64,000 nt of DNA, from positions 36,890,001 through 36,954,000 of the forward strand of contig CM074512.1 of the NCBI GenBank assembly GCA_037379345.1, read 5' to 3'. The position numbers and the translations under genes are program-made. Shown here piece after piece: positions 55,701 to 64,000 of the stretch; position 1 is the stretch's first letter, and every line of letters starts with the position of its first letter. The notes under the pieces were generated by a model. The model saw nothing but the letters and a program-made list of their open reading frames with translations. It was not told the origin of the DNA and searched no databases. The DNA is from Perna viridis (lineage: Eukaryota).

Positions 55701-58700
55701 TCTGAACTATTACAAAATGTATTTATGAACTGTAAGGTCTTATTAGCCTATTTAACCATTTCGTTAAATTGTTAAAATACTATCACAATTCGATCTGCAC
55801 ATTCATCAAAGCTACTTAGAAGGTGAAAGCTTTAAATGAATTTTAAACATGCTGGGTAAAAAACATGTCTTAATTAAAATACAAACCTGGAAAGGGAAGT
55901 GAGCTTTGTTACATAATTTTTCAGCCATAAAATTACAAAATTGCCTAAAAAACTGCCTGGAATTCTTATCATAAACTTCCAGTTGTTCAAATGCAAGTCA
56001 ATATCCTGTCTTTAATTACTTTCCATATAATTGAAAACGTCATAATTGCATAGACCAAAGTTCACTTAATGGCTGACTAAGAAGATCAAAGCCAGAACAA
56101 GTCAAGTGAATGGATTAATTTCATGCCAAACATGCAGATAATTGTAAATTAAAGTGAAACTCCTTTTTAAATATTTTGATTATGTTTTTGTGAGATACTT
56201 GATATTACTTGTACAATACAATTTCAATGTTTGTTATTTTTCTTTTAGTGGACATCAAAACATCAGTCATTGGCCAGATAACATTTTAAATACCTGAACT
56301 TCAAGATCTTAAATGATGTTAGGATTGGTTCTCCTCGATTCATTTCAAAAGGGGTACATACTTCATTACTTTAGTTGGGGGAGAGCAGGAGGATTTTACT
56401 GCTCTATTTTATCTTATTGAATATCAAAATAATTAAAGTTTCTTTCAACTAAAATGTTTGTATTAAAAGAATCTTAAATATAAACATCAACTACACTGCA
56501 ATACAGAAGCCACATGTGTACAAATGTATTCAAATCCATGTACAGTACAGTTAAATGCCCTGAAGTGAATAGCAGTATTATCATGGCATATGAAAATGGT
56601 TAGAAAAAAAGCCAGCTACAGATCTTTATGTCTGAATTACAACTTGCATTAGGAGCATTAAGAAGTTGGTTAATGTGCAGGCTGTGCATAAAATCAATGA
56701 AAATTCAAAAATTTTCTTAAAAGAAATTTTATTAGTTTATTGTATTTTTAGCAATTGCATACACGTAGGTGAACTCTGACAGAAACCAAATCATCTTAGA
56801 ATATATCCCTCATGAAATAAAATCCTTAGATCTTTCAGTTTAAAAGTTTTCATCATAATTATTTTATCAGTCCTTTTTCTTCAAATTTTTGTCTATAAAC
56901 CCACATCTGTTAGTGCTTGTCAGAAAGATCATTGTTTAAGAGAATCTTAAATACCATGTAAGGTTAACAACCTCATTTTTTGTGTTTGTTATGGGAACTC
57001 AATAAATAGTACAAGATAACCAATAATGAATAAATTATTACTTCCTGATTCTGACTAGAGGGTATAGTAATCTGATTAATGATTCTAACAAATGACCACA
57101 GTAATCTAATTAATGATTCTGACACATGACCACAGTAATCTGAGTAGCTAAGAATCAAAACAGAGTAAAAGCCTCACATGGTAACAAAAGGTAACATATA
57201 TCCTTAACTTAGTTTATGTCTAGGGTCTCTAACTTTTCCCTGCATCAATTACATGTAAAACACCTTTAATTTTCAAATAACTTCAGTGTCCTAAGTTTTA
57301 CAACAATTTCAGCACTTCCACAGGAAAGTTCCACATAAAAAAATATCTATATCTGTAACTTGAAAAATTCTCTTAGATATTTTAAGTTTCACGTGTGCAA
57401 AATGAACATGGAACAAAATGAACATCTTTCCCTCTGATACAATATTTTACTTGTATCAGGAGAAAGGAAATGAGAATCCAAGAACACCGAACTTGATGTT
57501 GGTCAGGATAATTTAAATCCCATATTTTTGTGTGTACGTGTAAAATGTGCACATATTTACATAGAAATCATTTTCAGAGTATGGAGGTGCATACTATGCA
57601 TCATGCATGAGAATTGACAATGAAATGAAAAACTTTCTTATGAGAAAAATGAGGTCGCCAACTCTAAACACAACCTGGAAGTGAAATGTTACTGAACGAA
57701 AGTTTATTCATCAAATACCTCTTGAAGTATTGAATTTAAATGATATTTTTTTCAAATCATCTTTTAATGTCTTAAATATATATTTCAGACGAAGGTTGTA
57801 AAATATTTCTTTCTTATAAAACAAGATTAGAGATTAAAATGAAACAACTAAAAACCGAAAAGTAACAAAGTCCCTTTTTTTGTCAAACCCTCCTTATTAT
57901 ATGCTTTTGCAGCTGATAATGAGTATCTTGAAACTTATTTGGATTATTTCTATCAATTTTCTACCTTAACAGTATGTTTTAAAATAAAAAAAAAATAAAA
58001 AAACACGAAATTTAAGTTCCAACCGAAACTGGAAATGTCTGATTTCCTGACTTTTGAGAATATAAGTTTCTTTCCTTCACATTTTTGTTGGATTTACAGC
58101 ATCAAGGTAAATTAATTAACCAATCAATTGCAAAATACTGATCTTTTGTCTAACAAAATTCTATAGCAATCTAAGTCTAAAAAACTTTTTTTCTCACATT
58201 TTGACCTTCAAAATTGCACTGCATACAATACATAAATGTATATATTTTACACAACAAAATACAGTATGTACAAAAATGTACAAATAATTGAACACAAAAT
58301 GTACATTTATGCCCAATAATACCAATAATAACATGAATCTCAGACAACAAGTAAATGGTCATACATGTACCAGTATGTTCACAAAGGCAAGCTAGGCAAA
58401 CTATTTCTGATCTAAAGCAATAAACAGCTACCCATGACACTAATCCCAGTAAGATAATGCATGCAAGCATTTTGGGCATTACTGATCATGCAGGTTATAA
58501 CTTGGTCATGCTACCCAACAAATGTAACTCCAGGTACAAAATCGTTTCTTTTATACAATCAGGAAAATAGAAGTCAATTTATTCAATGCCAAACCCCTGC
58601 TCAATATTATATTTAAGTATGTCAACCAAACAAGGAGTGCAAATGTGTAAAAATAATTTCTACAAAATACTGCATTCATCTTAAATGTTAAAATAATAAT

Positions 58701-59256
58701 GTAGTTGAGAGTTTGGGTTTAGGTTTATCAAGCATTACATAATTCTATCATCTGGACTGAATTCAATTTTAGTTTACTTTGAGAGTAATTATAAAAATGT
58801 GTAAAACTGGCATCTTTGATATCAACCCATGATACTAAGCACAGGTCTGACAGGCAAGTGGAGGAAAAAATTAAGAAAAATGCTGACTTCTTTTATTTAG
58901 ATCTTTCCTAAACAGAAGATAATTAAATATTTTTTTCTAATTCAACAGTTAATCCTAATCATCCTACATCTACACAGAATGATAGATTCCCAGCTTCATT
59001 TTTATATCTCCTATGTACATGTAAGTGAAAAATTATTGTAATCAAAATTCACTGAATGCAGTATTTATGGAAACACAGGTGCAAGAGGTTTTGAGTTTGA
59101 ACACTTTGTACCTGGTTCTTGCTGGGACTCCTCAACAGCATTTATCCCAACTACAGTAATTCTACGTTTAGGAACTCGTTTACCATTGTTTATACTGTCT
59201 TGGCCACCGTCTTCACCCCAAGTGTTTCTTGCCTTTGGGGGACCTTCATTAAAAGA
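16465..59256 (-). CDS. TOGARAM1: TOG array regulator of axonemal microtubules 1 (crescerin-1/FAM179B), 3' part: linker + TOG3 + TOG4; 5' end beyond the window
   Basis: In-phase GT-AG chain: 59256-59112, 55326-55228, 46409-46335, 42336-42292, 41059-40860, 36889-36690, 35479-35202, 33310-33203, 29516-29338, 27786-27588, 24812-24722, 24084-23959, 23706-23601, 23272-23186, 22681-22533, 21743-21585, 20639-20513, 20078-19978, 19722-19542, 18789-18573, 17060-16974, 16721-16465. TOG signatures: W-E-x-K..GL..IRRLA.FH, EVKNLRSQVSRSA, GESNGFIREDVDK, LDSSPETRY.GRK, DW.DR..GI, IFDKFLPRLQDPNSKVNLYALQ. Confidence 0.92.
16974..17060 (-). CDS. TOGARAM1: TOGARAM1 exon (TOG4)
   Basis: 87 nt phase 1/1, DGGLLLQPLANQAQ. 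Confidence 0.9.
17649..18518. mobile_element. Degraded pogo/Tc2-like non-autonomous DNA transposon
   Basis: Left end accatatatacttaagtataag...tataagtc; right end tataagtcga...gcgaatatacacgata; resembles the TACCGTATATACTCGAGTATAAG TIR class. Confidence 0.5.
18573..18789 (-). CDS. TOGARAM1: TOGARAM1 exon (TOG4)
   Basis: 217 nt phase 0/1, IFDKFLPRLQDPNSKVN. Confidence 0.93.
19040..19311. mobile_element. AGGC...GCCT-ended MITE (Kolobok-like by termini)
   Basis: ta|aggct... and ...tttggcct|aa ends; similar ends at 17468-17555, 27324-27548, 62118-62366. Confidence 0.45.
19542..19722 (-). CDS. TOGARAM1: TOGARAM1 exon (TOG4 start)
   Basis: 181 nt phase 2/0, SNDWKDRHKGITQLL. Confidence 0.92.
19978..20078 (-). 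CDS. TOGARAM1: TOGARAM1 exon (TOG3-4 linker)
   Basis: 101 nt phase 0/2, GLGEMPSESSSARG. Confidence 0.9.
20513..20639 (-). CDS. TOGARAM1: TOGARAM1 exon (TOG3 end)
   Basis: 127 nt phase 2/0, YNGRKILNLLMGHPDFNKMLEKHLP. Confidence 0.92.
21585..21743 (-). CDS. TOGARAM1: TOGARAM1 exon (TOG3)
   Basis: 159 nt phase 2/2, HKNVNVRRTTS...DRILP...DSSPETR. Confidence 0.93.
22533..22681 (-). CDS. TOGARAM1: TOGARAM1 exon (TOG3)
   Basis: 149 nt phase 0/2, GESNGFIREDVDKVL. Confidence 0.93.
23186..23272 (-). CDS. TOGARAM1: TOGARAM1 exon (TOG3)
   Basis: 87 nt phase 0/0, VKNLRSQVSRSAIVCIGDLF. Confidence 0.93.
23459..23565. repeat. Perfect 53-bp tandem duplication
   Basis: cttcataacatattcattttatcgaaagagttatgtcaatttaagacaaact starts at 23461 and again at 23514. 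Confidence 0.92.
23601..23706 (-). CDS. TOGARAM1: TOGARAM1 exon (TOG3)
   Basis: 106 nt phase 2/0, (W)EVKCNGLNSIRRLALFH. Confidence 0.93.
23959..24084 (-). CDS. TOGARAM1: TOGARAM1 exon (TOG3 start)
   Basis: 126 nt phase 2/2, DWQPYRDPDHALRDAM. Confidence 0.9.
24722..24812 (-). CDS. TOGARAM1: TOGARAM1 linker exon
   Basis: 91 nt phase 1/2, S/P/K-rich, gtaagt donor. Confidence 0.85.
24966..25020 (-). mobile_element. 5'-truncated SINE/LINE 3' tail insertion
   Basis: CTGAATATAGCTGAAATATTGCTGATCGGGCGTTAAACCCC(AAAC)n; TSD agaactaatgag (24954-24965) / agaactaacgag (25019-25030). Confidence 0.8.
27324..27548. mobile_element. AGGC...GCCT-ended MITE
   Basis: aggccattta...ggttctca at left, tgagaacc...ggtggcct at right (inverted). 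Confidence 0.55.
27588..27786 (-). CDS. TOGARAM1: TOGARAM1 linker exon (E/K/R-rich coiled coil)
   Basis: Phase 0/1; alternative in-frame donor ending at 27597. Confidence 0.88.
29338..29516 (-). CDS. TOGARAM1: TOGARAM1 linker exon
   Basis: 179 nt phase 1/0, poly-T acceptor, gtaagc donor. Confidence 0.85.
33203..33310 (-). CDS. TOGARAM1: TOGARAM1 linker exon (symmetric, probable cassette)
   Basis: 108 nt phase 1/1, ends GIGVIGK(G), gtaggt donor. Confidence 0.78.
35202..35479 (-). CDS. TOGARAM1: TOGARAM1 linker exon
   Basis: Phase 2/1, SPFESKPKLAR...DVQVVGKGY; alternative in-frame donor ending at 35190. Confidence 0.85.
36690..36889 (-). CDS. TOGARAM1: TOGARAM1 linker exon
   Basis: 200 nt phase 0/2, MMHSLKSIRSSASKKK, Ser-rich. 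Confidence 0.87.
38073..38111 (-). CDS. TOGARAM1: Candidate 39-nt TOGARAM1 exon (MMKYLKSIHGGPK), duplicate of the start of the next exon
   Basis: ttttaacag acceptor, AAG|gtttgt donor, phase 0/0, 19/24 nt identical to the first 24 nt of exon 36889. Confidence 0.55.
38754..38922. mobile_element. Short Tc1/mariner(pogo)-type MITE
   Basis: TIRs ctgtgaaacctgtct / agacaggtttcactg followed by TA; sibling at 39407-39581. Confidence 0.7.
39407..39581. mobile_element. Short Tc1/mariner(pogo)-type MITE, sibling copy
   Basis: ta|cagtgaaaacctatct ... gggttcagtttatacaggtagccctg|ta. Confidence 0.62.
40860..41059 (-). CDS. TOGARAM1: TOGARAM1 linker exon
   Basis: 200 nt phase 1/0, ESPIPTKAALARSA. Confidence 0.87.
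42292..42336 (-). CDS. TOGARAM1: TOGARAM1 45-nt symmetric exon (DVTPPNTYNEDYWR)
   Basis: tttgttgtag acceptor, GAG|gtaagg donor, phase 1/1. Confidence 0.72.
46335..46409 (-). CDS. TOGARAM1: TOGARAM1 75-nt symmetric exon (SKVKSNHSSHFKPHVRPFLEVSGN)
   Basis: Strong pyrimidine tract ttttctcttatcag, gtaagt donor, phase 1/1, open. Confidence 0.7.
49345..49411 (-). CDS. TOGARAM1: Candidate TOGARAM1 alternative exon or internal start exon (..MTFGYGMGLVCSVSK)
   Basis: Donor AAG|gtaatt in phase 1 with downstream exons; in-frame ATGs at 49390 and 49372; acceptor ttttgtag at 49413-49412. Confidence 0.5.
49690..49735. promoter_or_regulatory. Paired CCAAT boxes upstream of the candidate internal start exon
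   Basis: gaaCCAATca (49697) and gaaCCAATta (49726), 29 bp apart, about 300 bp upstream (minus orientation) of exon 49411-49345. Confidence 0.35.
50388..50559 (+). mobile_element. Head-to-tail dimer of a truncated retroposon tail with triplicated target site
   Basis: Two copies of atcgcctgaat..agctgaaatattg...ttaaaccccaa(caat)n; caatcacaaattaaat occurs at 50388, 50468, 50544. Confidence 0.82.
54508..54542 (-). CDS. TOGARAM1: Candidate 35-nt TOGARAM1 exon (asymmetric)
   Basis: tttacttccaacacag acceptor, AAG|gtatga donor, open in all three frames. Confidence 0.45.
55228..55326 (-). CDS. TOGARAM1: TOGARAM1 99-nt symmetric exon
   Basis: tgctttgctattgtctcatag acceptor, GAG|gtaatg donor, phase 1/1, SYTQNYLNRKKIQS...AETER. 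Confidence 0.72.
57079..57142. repeat. Short imperfect tandem duplication
   Basis: atgattct.aca.atgaccacagtaatct present twice. Confidence 0.75.
59112..59256 (-). CDS. TOGARAM1: TOGARAM1 linker exon
   Basis: cttttctttttcag acceptor, CAG|gtacaa donor, phase 0/1, SFNEGPPKARNTWGEDG...RRITVVGI. Confidence 0.82.
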
Positions 59257-60932
59257 CTGAAAAAGAAAAGGTAAGTCAATAAAATTGTTGTTGTTCACTT
59301 GCTGTTGTTATAAACTGAAAAAAAAGTCAAGTATTTCCCATTTCTAAGGGCATAACTCAGCTCTGGTAAACCCATCTGGAGTATTTTGAACAATACATTT
59401 ACTTCACCAACCCTGCCTGGCAAGTGTGAATCAATATGTACAAGTATAATAAAATGTATAACTACAATAAAACTTCTGTTTTTCCTGATTCATGACATAC
59501 AAAGGTACTGAACATTGATGATAGAAAGTAGCAAAATGATACATGTACAATTGTATAAAAATGTAAGTACATGTATCAATTTACAAGTATAAATTCAACA
59601 TTCTGCATCTTCTGTACTACTGGCATTTAGTATGAAAAATTATAAATTGCACTGTACACACAAATACATCATAGAGTGACTTGTTAAGTGGACTTGAGGT
59701 TTGTTGTACCATTTACTGTTTCAAAGTTTAGGGAATGACGATGAAAAAATAACTCTTTATTTAAATGCAGAAGAATTAACTTGAAAACACATGAAAAATA
59801 GAATTTGTGATATAATTTTTAGATGTTAAAAAAAATACAAATGGCATAAGTATACATTAAAACCCAATTAAATTAAGACCAAAACTGTCAGTACCAACAT
59901 GCCTATAAAAAAGATCACAGATTCAAAATTTTGAGGACAAAGAATGCCCAAAAAATGGACCAAATTTCCAAGACATTATTCAGTAGTTATATAGTTTAAA
60001 TCAAATTTCTATAGTAAATAAAAAGACATACAACCAACAATACAAGAAGAAAAACTCAGTGAAGGTCATTAAAATGCTTGTTTTATACCATTACAAATCA
60101 CTGACAAAATATACTTTTGTTAAAACAAAAATGTATGTTTTACAAGTAAAATATAAAAAAAATGACAAACTTTTTTAAAAAGTTGTAGTGACACATTAGC
60201 CCTTCATATTGTTTGTTCACGATGACATTCAAAAACGTGAAATACCATTTTGAAAGCAGTATTTCCATTGGAAAGGACCACAGTCATTTAATAACAAGTA
60301 TAAATATTGTCGATTTTTCTAACAAGAACTCATGTTTATGATGACAGCCGAACAATGGGTTTTAATGTTATAACAAAGCAAGTCCTACACGTTCCTTTTA
60401 AAATATACAACTGTAAAAATGTTTGGCTATATTTGGTATACATTGTAAATTGTCATGGCCATGGTTGAACTGATCTGATTCAAATGATTTCAGTTTGATC
60501 TTTGAATGGATTACTGCGAAACCATAATATCTGTCAAAGTGGAAAAAAAATACATTTGTGTTAACTTGACAGACAAAAACAAATCATTTGGAGTTTTTTT
60601 TAATTCATAGTACACTTCATTTACACAAGTCTTTGAAATTAGAACCAGTCCACATGCCAATGCTGGTAATAATAGAGATGGACTTGAAGAATTTTTGCTT
60701 CCAAGCCAATGTATCTTATATAAAATTCTTTTCAGAGTGTACCTGTTCATACAGTATACATGCATGTGTACCAGACACCTTCACAATACGAAATGATTGC
60801 AAAAGTCAGAATGTCTGACTTTTGATTGAATGATTGACTGGATTGTTGTTTTCCAGGTTTCCCAACATTTACATATACAATAACACACAAATCACCAACA
60901 TGTATTGATTTATTTCAAGTAATATTTATTAC

Positions 60933-61007
60933 CTCAAACAAGTCCTCTGCATAAGGGTGTACTCTTCCAACTTTACAAAGGGCAGGAATACAAGCCCACA
61001 CACACAT
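60933..61007 (-). CDS. TOGARAM1: Candidate alternative first coding exon of TOGARAM1 (MCVWACIPALCKVGRVHPYAEDLFE)
   Basis: ATG at 61007 with A at -3 and an in-frame TAA 6 codons upstream; exactly 25 codons to donor GAG|gtaata; phase 0 matches exon 59256; more GC-rich than flanks. Confidence 0.62.
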
Positions 61008-62117
61008 TATATACAAGAGATTTTAAAATCCAGAAGATATAACTATATTCCAGTTAGAGATGTCTCATCAGCATGAACATTACGTTCCTACATACTGTAC
61101 TGGAATTTGATAAGTACATATGTACATGTACATTCCTCAGTTATTTTATTCCAATCTCCTATTTAGTTTAACAGATTTACAATATACTTATACAAATCAT
61201 GACATTAATTTGAAATATGAAATCAAACAAATCAGCGTTTAGTTCCTTTACTGACAATTTTGTCCAGACAAGTTTTGAATACCAGTGGGTTGTTAGACCA
61301 CAGTTCACTGGTGCAAGGGGTGTTATTTTACAAGCATTAGATATCACATGTATAAAATATACACAATTATAACTTTACAGTTATTATAACTACAGTATCA
61401 ATATCTCTTTCTTGAAATTTTATGCTTTGCCAATACACAATACACCTTCCAAAATGAATTCAATGATCGAAAACTCTTCATGGAAGAAAAGATTTGAGAA
61501 GATATTTATATAAATTTAACAAGTCGAAAGTCAGAATTGTCAGTTCTGATTTGTACTCAGAATCATTGTATACCTCATTTGGGCATAATAATAGCATTTT
61601 ATATCTACCGCTACCATTCCAAACAGAAATTGAATATATAAAATCTACGGTATAGAATTTTGTATTTGTTTGAACAGAAAGTCAGTCAATGCCTCCTCAA
61701 AAGATTGATTAGAATGTGTCTGAGACTTCTTACATTTAAACTCATCAATACAAGCGTTCAAAGAAAAATACAAATCAATTTAAGGTCTACTTTTTCTTTG
61801 GATTTTCAATCTAAATTTATTTACTTCCACCCAACCATGACTTCCAACCTTTTAAACAAATTTTGCATCCAAGAACTTTTTTTCAGTTCAATAAATTTTT
61901 AAGTTTGTGTAAATAAAAATCTGGCTGTCGAAACACATAAAAGTAATTTAAGTTCATTACTAACGCATCAAAAATCATTAAAGGTTAATATTGTTCTTGT
62001 ATCCCCAGCATCAGAACTATATTAATACTTCGTTCCTACAGAAAACTTAACTTAGAACTAGTAAAATAATTTTCCTACCCACCAATGGCAACTTCTTGTA
62101 CGTGTAAGCTTACATGT

Positions 62118-62366
62118 AGGCCCAAAAAAAAATAGGGTGGGTTGATTTTTTTTTTAATTTGTACAGTTCTGTTTCGTTTATACAGAAATGTAATTAAACA
62201 TTTCCATTGCAGATACCAGATTCTTACAATAATACATGTTACAAGCTGGGATGTAATTCCCAGATTTTTTTCCCCAAGAATCTGCCAATGTCTTGAATGA
62301 AAAAGTTTAGGGTCAGGCAGGAAAAAATAGTCAGGGTACAGTAAACACACATATTTTTTTTTGCCT
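62118..62366. mobile_element. AGGC...GCCT-ended MITE
   Basis: aggcccaaaaaaaaata / tatttttttttgcct ends; internal gggtcaggcagg motif related to cctgacctacc near 8914. Confidence 0.55.
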
Positions 62367-62611
62367 TCATGATTTCACAAAAAGCAGAAGCCGCTTATTA
62401 CAAGTATAGAAGAAACAGTGATAAATCATAAATTGTCTGTGTATATCATACACATGTATCTGTACATTTTTGTATACATTTACCAATAGGTGTGTTTGCA
62501 CTTATTGAAGATCTTTAGGTAATCACTATTTTTATAAAGGTTATACAATGGTGCATTAGTTGTGTTTCACCATATCTGTTCCTTTTTCTATATTGAAATA
62601 CATGTATTATG

Positions 62612-63185
62612 GTTTTCCAGTCGTTCCGGCCTAAGTCGTTCCAGCCCCAAGTCGATCTGGCCTCATTTTAAAAGTCGTTCCGTCCCCAAAATAAAAATAT
62701 TTAATTTTACCAATTAGTCAATGAATTTAGATAAACTATTTGAGATTTTACCGCAGTCGCATATTTTTTATAAAGATTAGTCAACATCGTTGATACTTAT
62801 TACTTAAAATTGCACATCAATCATATCCGTCATTGTCCATCATAGATCTACAGACATTTGGTTATTTTTTTATTTATAAATGAAGATGCATCAAATGAAA
62901 TGATGAATAAATATGGTTTCCTTTTAATTTTATCATATCTTGCCTTGTTTATTAATCATGGAGTTTCCAATGCTGGTAAAATACATTGAAATTTATGTGG
63001 TAGTATGGGTTCATATTCAAAGGCTTTAAGTTTTCCTTGGTGTCAGTTTTTCTGTTGTTGTATTCAGTTCTTTCATGATAATTCAACATCGTCTTGTTTC
63101 CAAATGATACATATATATACAATAAAAAACTGGGGCCGGAATGACTTTGGGCCGGACAGGTTTGGGGCCGGAACGATTTGCATCC
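62612..63185. mobile_element. Non-autonomous DNA transposon with repeated subterminal arrays and 8-bp TSD
   Basis: Left array of agtcgttccggcc units, right inverted array of ggccggaacga units; direct repeat gtattatg at 62604-62611 and 63186-63193. Confidence 0.8.
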
Positions 63186-63604
63186 GTATTATGTACATGC
63201 AGTATGTAATGGAATTCCAAACACAGCTTGAATCTGGAGAATGTTACAATATTTAATATGTGCTACATGCAATAGTGAATACAAAATTTATTTTACACAT
63301 AAATCCAGACAGTTACCATTTACATGTACTTTTTTATCCCTAAAATGTCTATATCATTTTCTTCCTCTTGTCATCACAACAAAATTCTTTAACTGCTAGC
63401 CATTAGCAAAAAGTGACAATACATAACTTTCAGGCTTCTGAACCACATTTGATGTGTCAACCAAGAATTTAAAAAAAAGTACTTGTCTCTAAAAGAACTA
63501 GTCATTTTATTGACATACAAAATGTACAATGTACCAATGTATTGACAATGATGGAATTTTGCAGGTCTCTGTCTACAATCTAGTGGCCAGTTAATTCCTT
63601 CTAC

Positions 63605-63637
63605 CTGTACTGTTGTCGGAATTACTGAACCTTTTAT
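63605..63637 (-). CDS. TOGARAM1: Candidate 33-nt TOGARAM1 microexon (IKGSVIPTTVQ)
   Basis: tgctctgcatattttag acceptor, CAG|gtagaa donor, symmetric, open in phase 0 which matches exon 59256. Confidence 0.55.
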
Positions 63638-64000
63638 CTAAAATATGCAGAGCACTAAATAGCTAAATAAAATTTACTGTTTTAAAAGGCCAGGTTTATT
63701 GGTTAAATATTAATTATGGTCATAGGTATTATACCTTATTCTGGGCAATGTTCCAAATCTTCTTGTATAAATAGCTCAAGACTCATATAAAGCTTCATAA
63801 GTTTCTTTATATTATTCACAATGAATTATAAGGCATTAATACATGTATATGTACTGTACATTTGTATATGGTTTTAAAATTCTATTTATTAATATGAAAT
63901 TTTCTTTTCATTTATATAGCTCCCATCAGTGCACAAGAACTTCTACAGTAGCATCACACAATCAAAGAGACTGGTAGTGTACATGTAAGGGACATGTAAC

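Noticed and set aside
43000-58500. Many 60-111 aa ORFs (e.g. 45590-45925, 53043-53378, 58177-58479)
   Set aside because: I/F/L/K-rich composition of AT-rich non-coding DNA, no recognisable domains; no nested gene or transposase supported

Overview
AT-rich, intron-rich animal genomic DNA. The repeat landscape resembles a bivalve mollusc (inference). I found no prokaryotic features, CRISPR arrays or RNA genes. Three genes were reconstructed by hand from GT-AG sites and phase continuity. (1) The 5' coding end of RPAP1 on the minus strand (exons 1398-1227, 719-603, 283-243; continues off the left edge). (2) A complete 3-coding-exon TCTE1/DRC5 on the plus strand (5376-8507, 526 aa, LRR subunit of the nexin-dynein regulatory complex), head-to-head with RPAP1 across a CpG/ETS/X-box patch near 4.0 kb. 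(3) The 3' part of TOGARAM1/FAM179B/crescerin on the minus strand (stop at 16465; TOG3-TOG4 plus the long linker; TOG1-2 lie beyond the right edge). The most interesting signal is in the TOGARAM1 linker introns. Candidate internal start exons splice in phase into the gene and encode lipidation or ciliary-targeting-like N-termini: MCVWACIPALCKVGRVHP... at 61007-60933, MGLVCSVSK at 49372-49345, and an X-box-associated MIVT start just before TOG3. There is also a set of frame-preserving small exons, including an SxIP-bearing 33-nt exon and a 39-nt duplicate of the start of the next exon. These isoform claims are inferences and need transcript data. Introns also contain many MITEs and very short, TSD-flanked retroposon tails.
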